DNA of 64,000 bases, from the IMG/VR virus record IMGVR_UViG_3300017989_005288; one strand, written 5' to 3'. A program made the position numbers and the translations under genes. Below, piece after piece: positions 48,681 to 57,698 of the stretch (position 1 is its first letter; the number at the start of each line of letters is the position of its first letter). The notes below the pieces were generated by a model that saw only the letters and a list, made by a program, of their open reading frames with translations, did not search any database and was not told where the DNA came from. This DNA comes from a virus.

Positions 48681-49079
48681 CTATTGAGACTGTTCAAAGC
48701 TGACGGAACTGGAATCCCCACACATTTTTCTTTTCCCGTCTGCCATCTCAACATATCGAACAGCCTCTTTCGTGACTTGAACAACGGAAATCTGAGCAAT
48801 CTTAGTACCAGGAACAATATCATATTGTTTCGCAGATAATGATATTGCTAACAAAATCAATTCACCCAACAAAGTAGGTGTGGCAAATACAATCAGATCA
48901 TCATGCAATGTCTTTTCCACACGCAATTCACAACCATCAGGAAGTTGCAATTTCAAACCAGTATGAATCACAACTACCCTCTCTGCTACACTAATCTCTT
49001 TACTTGCAACAACAATGAATGGGTTGTTGGCAAGCGCCGGAACATGTTGTTCACGTTCATACGTTATCGTCTTCATCAT
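48681..49079 (-). CDS. degenerate dUTPase-fold protein
   Basis: IHTGLKLQLPDG and PGTKIAQ retained; RSG, GxID.DYRG and C-terminal GFGSTG motifs absent. Confidence 0.6.
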   Translation of the reverse strand: MMKTITYEREQHVPALANNPFIVVASKEISVAERVVVIHTGLKLQLPDGCELRVEKTLHDDLIVFATPTLLGELILLAISLSAKQYDIVPGTKIAQISVVQVTKEAVRYVEMADGKRKMCGDSSSVSFEQSQ

Positions 49080-49593
49080 TCAAAGCTTCTCCTAACTGTT
49101 CCTTGATTAGCCTTCCAACCATCTTCTTTGCGTTTTCAACCAAAAACTTCCCTCTCCCCTTAATCTCAATCATATCGGACGAAGTTGGTCCATGGCGTGA
49201 ATATACCATCATCGGCGATACTTTTCTCTTATCCTGCTCATCCAATGATGCTACAGAAACAAACACCTTAAAAGTTTGATCTGGCCTAACCAATGGAGGC
49301 AGTGGGTCACGAGCAAGAACTTGTTTAACACGGGAGTCAGTCCTACAATCGTATTCTCGACATACTTTCGGACGTTCATCCCAAACCCTACACTTTCGAG
49401 TTCGAACATCAAAATAGTAGCAAACACCATTTTCATGCGCTACAATATTGATATTTTTACGATTTTGTATTGCAGGTTCGCACTTGAATTTACCAACCTC
49501 ATCATCCTCAAGCTGAACCCTGACCGCACGACAACAAAAATACTGATTGCTACAATTTTCACAGTCAAGAAGCACTTCTTTTTTGTCACACAT
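49057..49593 (-). CDS. YkgJ/CxxCxxCC-family cysteine-cluster protein
   Basis: CENC....CC, C..FD....KC.VW..RP.VCREYDC. Confidence 0.8.
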   Translation of the reverse strand: MCDKKEVLLDCENCSNQYFCCRAVRVQLEDDEVGKFKCEPAIQNRKNINIVAHENGVCYYFDVRTRKCRVWDERPKVCREYDCRTDSRVKQVLARDPLPPLVRPDQTFKVFVSVASLDEQDKRKVSPMMVYSRHGPTSSDMIEIKGRGKFLVENAKKMVGRLIKEQLGEALNDEDDNV

Positions 49594-49649
49594 TTTTCCT
49601 CGCCTTCCATTGCACACTTCTATTCCAAATTTCGTCTATGCTCACAAAT

Positions 49650-49940
49650 TTAACCTACTTTTGCTTTTCTTTTTGCCATTTCCTCTCTATATTGTGCAGT
49701 GGAAGTACAAGGATTATCCTCCTCCGCTATAAACATTCTAACTTCCGTTGATCCAGCATGGCACATGACTGGAATGGTTATATTCCCACAAACAATGCCC
49801 TCCTCGTCTTCTGGAAGTATTTCACCAGCTATGTCTTTGAGACACTCCCGCATAAATTCTTTAGCTTCCTCCTCACTATCCAAACGACCAGTTACCATTG
49901 TTCCCATTTCCGATTCTTCAACAACCAAAAACTTTTTCAT
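49650..49940 (-). CDS. hypothetical protein
   Basis: ORF with RBS. Confidence 0.6.
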   Translation of the reverse strand: MKKFLVVEESEMGTMVTGRLDSEEEAKEFMRECLKDIAGEILPEDEEGIVCGNITIPVMCHAGSTEVRMFIAEEDNPCTSTAQYREEMAKRKAKVG

Positions 49941-49960
49941 CTCTTTCTCCTTTCGAACGT

Positions 49961-50329
49961 TTACAGGTTAACCTCCATACAACCTTTTCCACCATGAGGC
50001 ATATCAAATTTCTCAAGACTTTTGGACATGCATTCCTGCTCAATCTGTTTTGCTTGATCTTCAGGAATGACCTGTGTTATTCCTTCGTCGATATTTCGTT
50101 CAATATTCTCAAAAGTATCCCAGATAGGCATCCCGGAACGCGCTGCTTCACCTGTTCCTCCCAACATCACACATTTCACCTTTTTCACTTTCTTACCCAG
50201 TTCTTCAACCTCTACTTCTGGCCCAATAATCTTGTAAACACACTCACCAAATTTGTCTTCCAAAGTTTTAGTTTTAACTTTGATAAAACTGCCAATCGAG
50301 ACTCTCTGCGCCATTTTCCCCTCCTTCAC
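49961..50329 (-). CDS. hypothetical protein
   Basis: Coupled ORF. Confidence 0.65.
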   Translation of the reverse strand: MKEGKMAQRVSIGSFIKVKTKTLEDKFGECVYKIIGPEVEVEELGKKVKKVKCVMLGGTGEAARSGMPIWDTFENIERNIDEGITQVIPEDQAKQIEQECMSKSLEKFDMPHGGKGCMEVNL

Positions 50330-51291
50330 CTTTTCACAACTGTAATGTCCTTCGTGTTATTGAAGAAACGGCCATCACCATCCTCAAACTTCTGCAATGG
50401 AATTGCTACAATATGCCCTTTCTTTACATCACGAGAAAATTTCATAAATGCATTGTTCCAAACGTAAAATCTCATTTCATCCATATCATCGCTAAGCGTA
50501 ACAACCATCATCTCATTACCATTTTTAGACGTTTTTCTGGTAATACGGTCTATTCGTCCAAACACATATGGCGATTCTCGCTGCTTTACTTCACCAATTG
50601 TACACCAGCGATTATCCTTAATTTGCTGTGCATATTGTAGTAAAATCGGCTCTCGTGTCAAGCAAATCCCAACTGCCTCTGCCTCTTTTTCTTGCCATTC
50701 ATCTTCTTTCAATAACTTTGGTGCAGTTTTTTCCTTACGCAATTCAATATACTTCTCTAAAACATCATTACGCTCACCAAAATCATCAAACGCACCTGCG
50801 GACAACAAACTCATAACCACTCGTTTGTTAATCTTACGCTTCGGAATTCGGGTAAAGAAATCTTCCATGCCAGAAAATGGCTGCAACCCTTCAATCAAAT
50901 CAGCTGATTTTCCTACCTGCTTTATATGACTCAACGCAAACCTGATATTTCCATTATCATCAATTCGAAACTTAACACCACTTTGATTCACTGATGGACT
51001 GACTACTTTGATTCCCATCTTCCTTGCGTAATTGATGTATTTTACATGCCCAGGCAAAGCTCCTTTTCCACCTGAAGTCGAAGCATTATTCATCAAAGCA
51101 GTCAAATACTCTGTTGGGAAATGATATTTGAACCAAAATTCAGCACCACTTATTGCGGCGTATTCGAACGAGTGAGAATTGCTCACAACTACGCCATTTG
51201 CATAAAATACATGCTCATCACTATCTACAGTGATATCTCTGGTTTTCGTTTTTCCAACAAATCTTACCTGAGAAATCTTTTCAGCATGCAC
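50326..51291 (-). CDS. dnaE: DNA polymerase III alpha, C-terminal half, with split-intein C fragment
   Basis: After VVSN: SHS..YA..S...WFKYHFP.EY.TALMN, FALSHIK.VG, HhH, terminal OB fold; probable GTG start at 51291 after GGAGGT. Confidence 0.88.
   Translation of the reverse strand: MHAEKISQVRFVGKTKTRDITVDSDEHVFYANGVVVSNSHSFEYAAISGAEFWFKYHFPTEYLTALMNNASTSGGKGALPGHVKYINYARKMGIKVVSPSVNQSGVKFRIDDNGNIRFALSHIKQVGKSADLIEGLQPFSGMEDFFTRIPKRKINKRVVMSLLSAGAFDDFGERNDVLEKYIELRKEKTAPKLLKEDEWQEKEAEAVGICLTREPILLQYAQQIKDNRWCTIGEVKQRESPYVFGRIDRITRKTSKNGNEMMVVTLSDDMDEMRFYVWNNAFMKFSRDVKKGHIVAIPLQKFEDGDGRFFNNTKDITVVKR
51178..51291 (-). mobile_element. split intein C fragment (~38 aa)
   Basis: KISQVRFVGKTKTRDITVDSDEHVFYANGVVVSN followed by Ser. 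Confidence 0.9.
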
Positions 51292-52204
51292 TCCCACCTC
51301 CCAGCATTGCATTCAATTTTGCAATCACTTCTTGACGATCATTGATAATGTTGTCCTCCCAGAAACGTGCTACTCTCAAACCTTGCTTTCTACTGTAATC
51401 ATCCTTTTTGATATCACGAAACCAGTTGACTCTTTGCGTTTTTGTCTCAGGACCTTCAGGATAAAACTTCGGGTTGGAATGAAAATAGTCACCATCAACT
51501 TCTATATAAAGTCCAACCATAGGTACGAAGAAATCGAACACAAACTTCCCTTCTTGTTTCTCCTCAATGTAGGAAACATGCAAATCATCCAATATTTGAG
51601 CAACTATTCTTTGCGGCTTAGATCGAAGCTGCGAAAAAACTCCATCCTTGATTTGTTGCAATGTTGTCTGACGAATCTTGTTTTTTGTTTCTTCAGAATG
51701 CTTATGACCAGTATGTCCATGAACCTTTCTCTTCTTTGCAGATTGTGATTGCTTCTTCCTCGTATCTTCTGATGCTTTTAAACCCGTAATTTTTTTTGCA
51801 ATCCTATTTACAATCGTATTAGTAGCACGTGTTTGCCCCTTGTTCCATGACTCCTTACCAAACATAGGATTGCCTTTACCTACTCTATCACGTTTCATCC
51901 TTTCGATATGTGCAATCCATTTTGGATCGCTACGATCTGCATGCCCCCTAACATATCTCATGAATACCAATTGTCTACCACTGTTATTCACTTTTATTCG
52001 TTTTCCACACCCACAAATGCATTTCGGAATTTCCAACCCACAGTATTTTTCAAAGTAGTCCTCAATTGATAGCCCATGTTTCTTGATGTGGGAGACAAAA
52101 CGCCAGCACCAATACCTGCCCTCCTCATTTTTCATATCTTTTACCACAGTGTTGCAGATCACACATCTCTCCCAATATCGTTCCTCAACAACTGCATATT
52201 GCAT
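51281..52204 (-). CDS. free-standing homing-endonuclease-like protein (Zn finger, NUMOD3-like, Vsr/DUF559 domain)
   Basis: CVIC..H..H, CICGCG, GKGNPMFGK / HSEETKNKI, DFFVP...IEVDGDYFH...RFWE. Confidence 0.8.
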   Translation of the reverse strand: MQYAVVEERYWERCVICNTVVKDMKNEEGRYWCWRFVSHIKKHGLSIEDYFEKYCGLEIPKCICGCGKRIKVNNSGRQLVFMRYVRGHADRSDPKWIAHIERMKRDRVGKGNPMFGKESWNKGQTRATNTIVNRIAKKITGLKASEDTRKKQSQSAKKRKVHGHTGHKHSEETKNKIRQTTLQQIKDGVFSQLRSKPQRIVAQILDDLHVSYIEEKQEGKFVFDFFVPMVGLYIEVDGDYFHSNPKFYPEGPETKTQRVNWFRDIKKDDYSRKQGLRVARFWEDNIINDRQEVIAKLNAMLGGGSAC

Positions 52205-52227
52205 CGTGTGAACTCCTTTCCAATTAT

Positions 52228-52259
52228 GTTCACTATATGCAATATGCAAGAATATAAAA
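52228..52259 (-). promoter_or_regulatory. AT-rich motif upstream of the endonuclease gene
   Basis: ATATTGCATATAGTGAA resembles ATATTTGCATATTAGTGAA at 29170..29188. Confidence 0.4.
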
Positions 52260-52269
52260 GAATTATGTA

Positions 52270-55215
52270 TTATTCGTCCTCACAAATAACCTTATGATCT
52301 CCTTCTAACACTTCCTCTAACCGACGCTTAACTCCATCTTCACAGAGGTATTTATGATTCATTGACGAACTGATCGTCTTGCCAGACTCTAAAGTGACTT
52401 CCCAAACTTCCTCCTCTGAGTCCATGACGTCAACAACCTCAACAAATTTGCAACCACTCTCCCCATCTGGCGCTTTCACTTTATCTCCAACAGCTATATC
52501 TCCAAATAGTCTCATCCCATCTGGAGTCTCAACAACACAATCAAGTGTCAAGCAGCGGTTGAAGCCATACTCTGCAAAAGCCTTACACAACTGCCACCAA
52601 TCTTCAACCTCTCTCTGAGTTACTTCCCCAGCTTGTATTCGCTGCTGAGCACCCTCTAAAAATTTCTCGTGCAATACATCAAGCGCTTTTGCATCTCCTT
52701 TTCCTTTGATTAACGCTTTGCGCAATCTATTTGCATCAATTGCATCAAAACCAGAGAGAGCTTGTGCAATCTTTTGCACCTGTTCTTGATAAACAATAAT
52801 CCCATGTGTTTCCTCAAGCGCTTCTCTCAAACATACCGGTACAGTGTACCTTTTCCTCTTGTGCTTTCTTTCTGCGTATTCTCTATCCATTCCCATATCA
52901 CGCGGACCTGGTCGAATCAATGCTGTTACAGCACTGATATCAAAAATGCTTTCCATTTTTACAGCATCAGCAATCGGCTTAGTTGCTGGATTTTCAAATT
53001 GGAATATCCCAACCAAATCGTGCTTCGAACTGATTTGGATTGCTTCCTTCTCATCAATATCCACATCCCTTTTTCCAAGCCTCTTTCCACGTCTCTGTTC
53101 GATATAATCCACTGCATCCTGAATGATATCAAGATTGTTCAACCCTAAAAAGTCGTACTTAACCAGACCTACTGCTGACAATTCATGAGTTGCTAATCCT
53201 TCTGTCCAAGCAGAGACTATTTGATCACTTTTGTCCCGATAGACAGGAACCTGATTCTGGATATCCAAATTGGAAATGATCATGCCACCAGCATGTTTCC
53301 CCATATTTTTGACTTGGTTACGCAAAATCATAGCGTGCTGGTAGACTTCAGGGTATTTTCTGAAATATGCTTCCAAATCCGGATAATGCTTAAACAACTC
53401 ATCAAATTCCATCTGGTCAACACGCTCTTGATGACTGTCATCCCCTTCCCCTACTTGAAAACTGGCAAGAGCATCGATCTTTTTAGTTACTCCCATCGCT
53501 TCCCAAACATCCAAGCCCAATGCTCTTGCAACATCAATAATCACAGAAGCTGTTTTGTAAGTTGAGTACGTTCCTATTGAGCATGTATGTTTTTCACCAA
53601 ACGTATCTACGACATGCTGCTTAACCCAATCACGTACGCGTTTTTGGAAATCCAAATCAATATCTGGACAATCATCCTTTCTACCGTAATCCAAAAATCG
53701 CTCAAACAGTAATCCGTACTGGATTGGGTCAAGGTCTGTTATACTTAAGCAATATGAAACTAAACTCCCTCCTGCACTACCACGACCCCAGCCTACCGAC
53801 CATTCCCCAAACTTCTTTTTCGTATCACCTACGACCTTATCCACAACAAGGAAATAGTCTGCATAGCCTAACTCTGTAATAACCTTCAACTCAAACTCAA
53901 GACGTTCTTCATATTTTGGAATTGAATCAAGCCCGCGTTTTCTCAAACCTGCTCTTGCTCGTCTACACAGCTCATTGTTCGAATCTTTGTACAAACGAGG
54001 CAATTTGAAAGATGAATCCAACTCAATATTCTCAGTACCAATTGCAATGCGGCGTGTGTTCAAAATTGCTTCATTCAAAACTTCTTCAGTAAACACCGGA
54101 CTCTTGTACTTCTCTTTCCATAATTGTCTCAACTCTACCTCTGTCCGATAATACAAATTTCTCACATCAAACTGCCAAACTTCTTCAGGCTTTTCAACTT
54201 TATCGAGTATCGTCTTGCCTGTTCGAATCAACATCAACAAATCATGCGTATCAGCAAATTCTGGGTACAAATAATGACTGTCAAGCGTAACAATAAGTGG
54301 TGCACCCACTTTTTGAGCAAACTGAATAAGCTTATGATTAATCGCAACTTGCTCATCCCACTCAATCATTACCAACTCGATATAGAATTCGTCAAAAGCT
54401 TCTGTATATCGATCATATGCCACCTTTGCTGCAAGAAAATCATCTTCAGCAAGAGCTTGCGCAATTTCTCCCGCATAGCAAGCTGACGACCCTATTACAC
54501 CTTTTCCATACTTTTTCAGGTTTTCATAGTTGCATCTTGGCATGTAGTAAAAACCATTCAGCTGTGCATCATTATGCAACCGAACGATATTGTAAAACCC
54601 TTCAAAATTTTTCGCAAGCAACAAGAGATGGAAATTACTACGATGCTTTTTTCTTTCCTCTGGGTCATCTCCCCGGTAGTCATTGACGTATGCTTCCATT
54701 CCAAAGATTGGCTTGATTCTTGCCTCACGACATTGTTTATACTGCTTAATCCATCCACCCACCGCACCATGATTTGTTACTGCACAAATGGTCTGATTTC
54801 TGCTTTCCAATAGTGCAAGCAAATCATCAACTCGGCCAAGCCCATCTCGTATTGAAAACTCGTCATGATGGTGCAAGTTAATAAAAATATCTCCACGAAC
54901 TTCTGCTACTTTCTCCAACAATCCTGGACTTGTTTCTCCATCTCTCCACCAAGGCAATTTTCTCGTCAAATTGCAATCAATTTGGATTGCCAACTTTGCT
55001 CTACTTGCAGCTATTTCCTGCATCAAAATGTCATAAGCTACGGATTTGTCGTCTGATTTTGGATATGTAATTTCGTACTGAGTTTTATCAAGCAAAAATT
55101 CCGATACTACTCTCGTCAAATCATAATCTTTCTGAGAGCAAATAAACAGAACAGGCTTACCGCACTTCAGTCTATCCTCAACTTCATGCTGTTCATAAAG
55201 CTCAGTTAATGCCAT
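52270..55215 (-). CDS. dnaE: DNA polymerase III alpha, N-terminal half, with split-intein N fragment
   Basis: PHP NLHHHDEFS.RDG, GRGSAGGSLV.Y, PDIDLDF, H.GG, K.DFLGL, YQEQ, FAEYGFNR. Confidence 0.92.
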   Translation of the reverse strand: MALTELYEQHEVEDRLKCGKPVLFICSQKDYDLTRVVSEFLLDKTQYEITYPKSDDKSVAYDILMQEIAASRAKLAIQIDCNLTRKLPWWRDGETSPGLLEKVAEVRGDIFINLHHHDEFSIRDGLGRVDDLLALLESRNQTICAVTNHGAVGGWIKQYKQCREARIKPIFGMEAYVNDYRGDDPEERKKHRSNFHLLLLAKNFEGFYNIVRLHNDAQLNGFYYMPRCNYENLKKYGKGVIGSSACYAGEIAQALAEDDFLAAKVAYDRYTEAFDEFYIELVMIEWDEQVAINHKLIQFAQKVGAPLIVTLDSHYLYPEFADTHDLLMLIRTGKTILDKVEKPEEVWQFDVRNLYYRTEVELRQLWKEKYKSPVFTEEVLNEAILNTRRIAIGTENIELDSSFKLPRLYKDSNNELCRRARAGLRKRGLDSIPKYEERLEFELKVITELGYADYFLVVDKVVGDTKKKFGEWSVGWGRGSAGGSLVSYCLSITDLDPIQYGLLFERFLDYGRKDDCPDIDLDFQKRVRDWVKQHVVDTFGEKHTCSIGTYSTYKTASVIIDVARALGLDVWEAMGVTKKIDALASFQVGEGDDSHQERVDQMEFDELFKHYPDLEAYFRKYPEVYQHAMILRNQVKNMGKHAGGMIISNLDIQNQVPVYRDKSDQIVSAWTEGLATHELSAVGLVKYDFLGLNNLDIIQDAVDYIEQRRGKRLGKRDVDIDEKEAIQISSKHDLVGIFQFENPATKPIADAVKMESIFDISAVTALIRPGPRDMGMDREYAERKHKRKRYTVPVCLREALEETHGIIVYQEQVQKIAQALSGFDAIDANRLRKALIKGKGDAKALDVLHEKFLEGAQQRIQAGEVTQREVEDWWQLCKAFAEYGFNRCLTLDCVVETPDGMRLFGDIAVGDKVKAPDGESGCKFVEVVDVMDSEEEVWEVTLESGKTISSSMNHKYLCEDGVKRRLEEVLEGDHKVICEDE
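52273..52554 (-). mobile_element. split intein N fragment (94 aa)
   Basis: CLTLDCVVETPDG...VGDKV...SSSMNHKY then an acidic tail and stop. Confidence 0.9.
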
Positions 55216-55283
55216 TATAGGTCCCGTGTGTTCAAATACCACGAAATCAAAAAAGTTACAAAATGCCTACCATAATCGGGAGC

Positions 55284-56222
55284 TCATTCTTCATCACTAC
55301 CTCCTCTTTTTTGCATGTACCATCTGTCGTACCTAAAAACAGCCACTTTATTATATTGCTGTGCTACATCCTTTTTACAAGAAATCGCAACTCGCCTGTT
55401 TGACAGAACTTGCCAGAACCGAATAAAATCCCACGCATCATTATGGTCTAAAGAACTCACAATTCTAATCGTCACTTTTTCGCTATCGTCCTTAACATAC
55501 TTCTTGAACTGGTCAGTACTTGATACCTCTACAGGACAACAACCACAAGCATATCTCCACGAAGCAGACAACCCTGGAAACAATGAATCCACACCAACTG
55601 GAGAAATCAAATACACACACGAACAATCAGGCTTCTCAGCAACAAATATCCTATCAAAAAAACCATCATCACGCAGTGACGTGTAACGTTCATTTACAAC
55701 AGGAACTCCCAAAGAACAATAGCGAGCCATTTTTCCAACAGCGTCGCCTTCCAAATTCTCTTGAAACTCCTCCCCCGACTTATCTCCTGGAAAAGGCTCT
55801 AAAAACCACAACCGGCGAGGCGTAACATTTTCCCCTTTTTCCAAAAGATTCTTGAACAGATAACCCAACGCTACTGCCGCATCTCCCAATGCCAATGCGT
55901 ATGTCTTAGCTGTGTGAAACTGATCCAACACTTTCGGAATAGGCCGATCTACAAATGCTATATGTTCCAAAGCATTAGGTGCCTCTTGAATTTCACAAAA
56001 GAAGTGTGTTCTCTTAAAAAAGCGAGAAGCAAATAAGCGCCCATCTGGTAAGAAAATCGATATCCATCCCAAAAATCCACAAGTCAATTGAGCCGCCAAA
56101 ACCATAGCCTCTTCGGGTGAACACGGGGGTGCTTCAAGACGTGATTCACGACCTACATAATGAATATCATCTGTATACTCAAACAGATGTCCCGTTTGGC
56201 TATCATAACCACAAATCATCAA
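55284..56222 (-). CDS. hypothetical protein
   Basis: 312-aa ORF; weak UDG-like segment WFLEPFPG... Confidence 0.65.
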   Translation of the reverse strand: MMICGYDSQTGHLFEYTDDIHYVGRESRLEAPPCSPEEAMVLAAQLTCGFLGWISIFLPDGRLFASRFFKRTHFFCEIQEAPNALEHIAFVDRPIPKVLDQFHTAKTYALALGDAAVALGYLFKNLLEKGENVTPRRLWFLEPFPGDKSGEEFQENLEGDAVGKMARYCSLGVPVVNERYTSLRDDGFFDRIFVAEKPDCSCVYLISPVGVDSLFPGLSASWRYACGCCPVEVSSTDQFKKYVKDDSEKVTIRIVSSLDHNDAWDFIRFWQVLSNRRVAISCKKDVAQQYNKVAVFRYDRWYMQKRGGSDEE

Positions 56223-56446
56223 CTACCATTTCGCGAAAGCCGAATAATTTGTTGAAGAGTCATTCCTTGACGCTGTAAACGCTGAACTTCATTTAATCGA
56301 CTAACTACTCCTGGATCATATAAACGATGTCCTGCTGCTGTACGAGCCTTTTCGCTAATCAATCCCAGCAATGTATAGTTGTGGATTACCTGTCGAGACA
56401 ACCCTGTCTCTCTAACTATATCTTTCATTTTCAGCAGATTATTCAT
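56219..56446 (-). CDS. MerR-family HTH protein
   Basis: IVRETGLSRQVIHNY..LGLI....RT.AGHRLYD. Confidence 0.85.
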   Translation of the reverse strand: MNNLLKMKDIVRETGLSRQVIHNYTLLGLISEKARTAAGHRLYDPGVVSRLNEVQRLQRQGMTLQQIIRLSRNGS

Positions 56447-57630
56447 GCAGTTTTTTCCATCTCCTCTTTGATCCTTTGTATGAGTTTCTTAAGAGTCTCT
56501 TCACTCTTGTTACGGCCAATCTCCCCCAACTCAACTAAAATCTTAGCAATCAGTGGTGCGTACTCGGCAGGACTACTTTTTGACGCAAGAACCAATTTAG
56601 TATACAACCTTCCAATTGCAATAAGCGGTTTGGAAGCAAGCTGTTGTTTTGGATCAAATTCTTTGATTTTCTTCAGCTCACCAACAACCTCATTCAAATA
56701 GGTAATCGCACTTTTCAACACTTTGTCAAACTCTGTTCTGGTCATATCTTTCGACCATTCAACCGCTGCACCAATAAAACCCTTCAAACCAATAACCGTC
56801 GTCAGATATTTTCCCCCACCACGACTGCTGGTAGGCGAAACTTCAAACTGCAAATGCAATCCATGAACTTGTGTGCTTAGCAAGGAAACAATAGCAAATT
56901 CAGATGCTCCAGCTTTGACTTTGGCCATTTTTTCATATAGCTTATCACGCTCAACATCTTCAACCGCAGCACCTTCTGTCGCTTTTAATGCCCTATGCTC
57001 AGCTCTTTCCAAACCTTGGATGCTACGACACTTGTTTGCATAGATAGCTGCATCACGAGCTTCTTGCGTAGTATAGTTCCGAACCTCAATCGGCACCTCA
57101 GTTTCTGGCCCAAACATCAAAGCAAGAAATGTCAACCTATGACGTCCTGACCAACATTCAAAATTCTTACTGCCGTCTTTTAGTTTTGCAACATTGATCG
57201 GCATCCAGGCACGACCAATTTCAAGAATCTGAACACCAACATTTCTGACCTGGCCAATGCTAACTTCAGCCGAAAGGTTAACCGTGTTACGAATAGGAAG
57301 TTGTTTTGCAAGTTCATTCAAAAGTGGATCACCAGGTTCATCGCTGATAAAAATCCCGATATCTTTGATCTTCATTGTTTGTCCACTATGATCGACAAAC
57401 AACTGCTTGATAGTTGGAGGTTTTTCACAACCCGCTCGATGCATGATAGACTCAATAAATTTTTCCTTTGCTGACAATTTTGGCTTTGGAGGTCTACCAC
57501 GCTTTGCTTTTTTCTTTTCTTCCTTTGGCTTTTCCTCTCCATTTTCCGCTTTTTTAGCTCTTTTCGGCTTTGAAGGCGTTGATAATTCCTTCCTGAATTC
57601 AGCAAACTGATCTTCTTTCCCTGCACTCAT
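56443..57630 (-). CDS. ParB/Srx-like domain protein
   Basis: ECWSGRHRL (GxxR) motif followed by a helical region; AAAGGAGG RBS. Confidence 0.6.
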   Translation of the reverse strand: MSAGKEDQFAEFRKELSTPSKPKRAKKAENGEEKPKEEKKKAKRGRPPKPKLSAKEKFIESIMHRAGCEKPPTIKQLFVDHSGQTMKIKDIGIFISDEPGDPLLNELAKQLPIRNTVNLSAEVSIGQVRNVGVQILEIGRAWMPINVAKLKDGSKNFECWSGRHRLTFLALMFGPETEVPIEVRNYTTQEARDAAIYANKCRSIQGLERAEHRALKATEGAAVEDVERDKLYEKMAKVKAGASEFAIVSLLSTQVHGLHLQFEVSPTSSRGGGKYLTTVIGLKGFIGAAVEWSKDMTRTEFDKVLKSAITYLNEVVGELKKIKEFDPKQQLASKPLIAIGRLYTKLVLASKSSPAEYAPLIAKILVELGEIGRNKSEETLKKLIQRIKEEMEKTA

Positions 57631-57698
57631 TTGCAATTCCCTCCTTTGATTAGGATAATACTTTCGACACGATAGTTATAACCTTGTCGCACATAAGA

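Noticed and set aside
43980-55215. Bacterial chromosome origin (gyrAB, dnaE, ligA)
   Set aside because: Single-strand dense coding, many small orphan genes, a split intein with homing nuclease, phage-type RuvC and exonuclease, and no housekeeping operons favour a large phage. A megaplasmid or prophage is not strictly excluded.
57665-57689. CGACA-N15-TGTCG dyad as a MerR operator
   Set aside because: Only 5-bp arms, not concentric with the inner GTTATAAC palindrome, and no clear elongated-spacer promoter.
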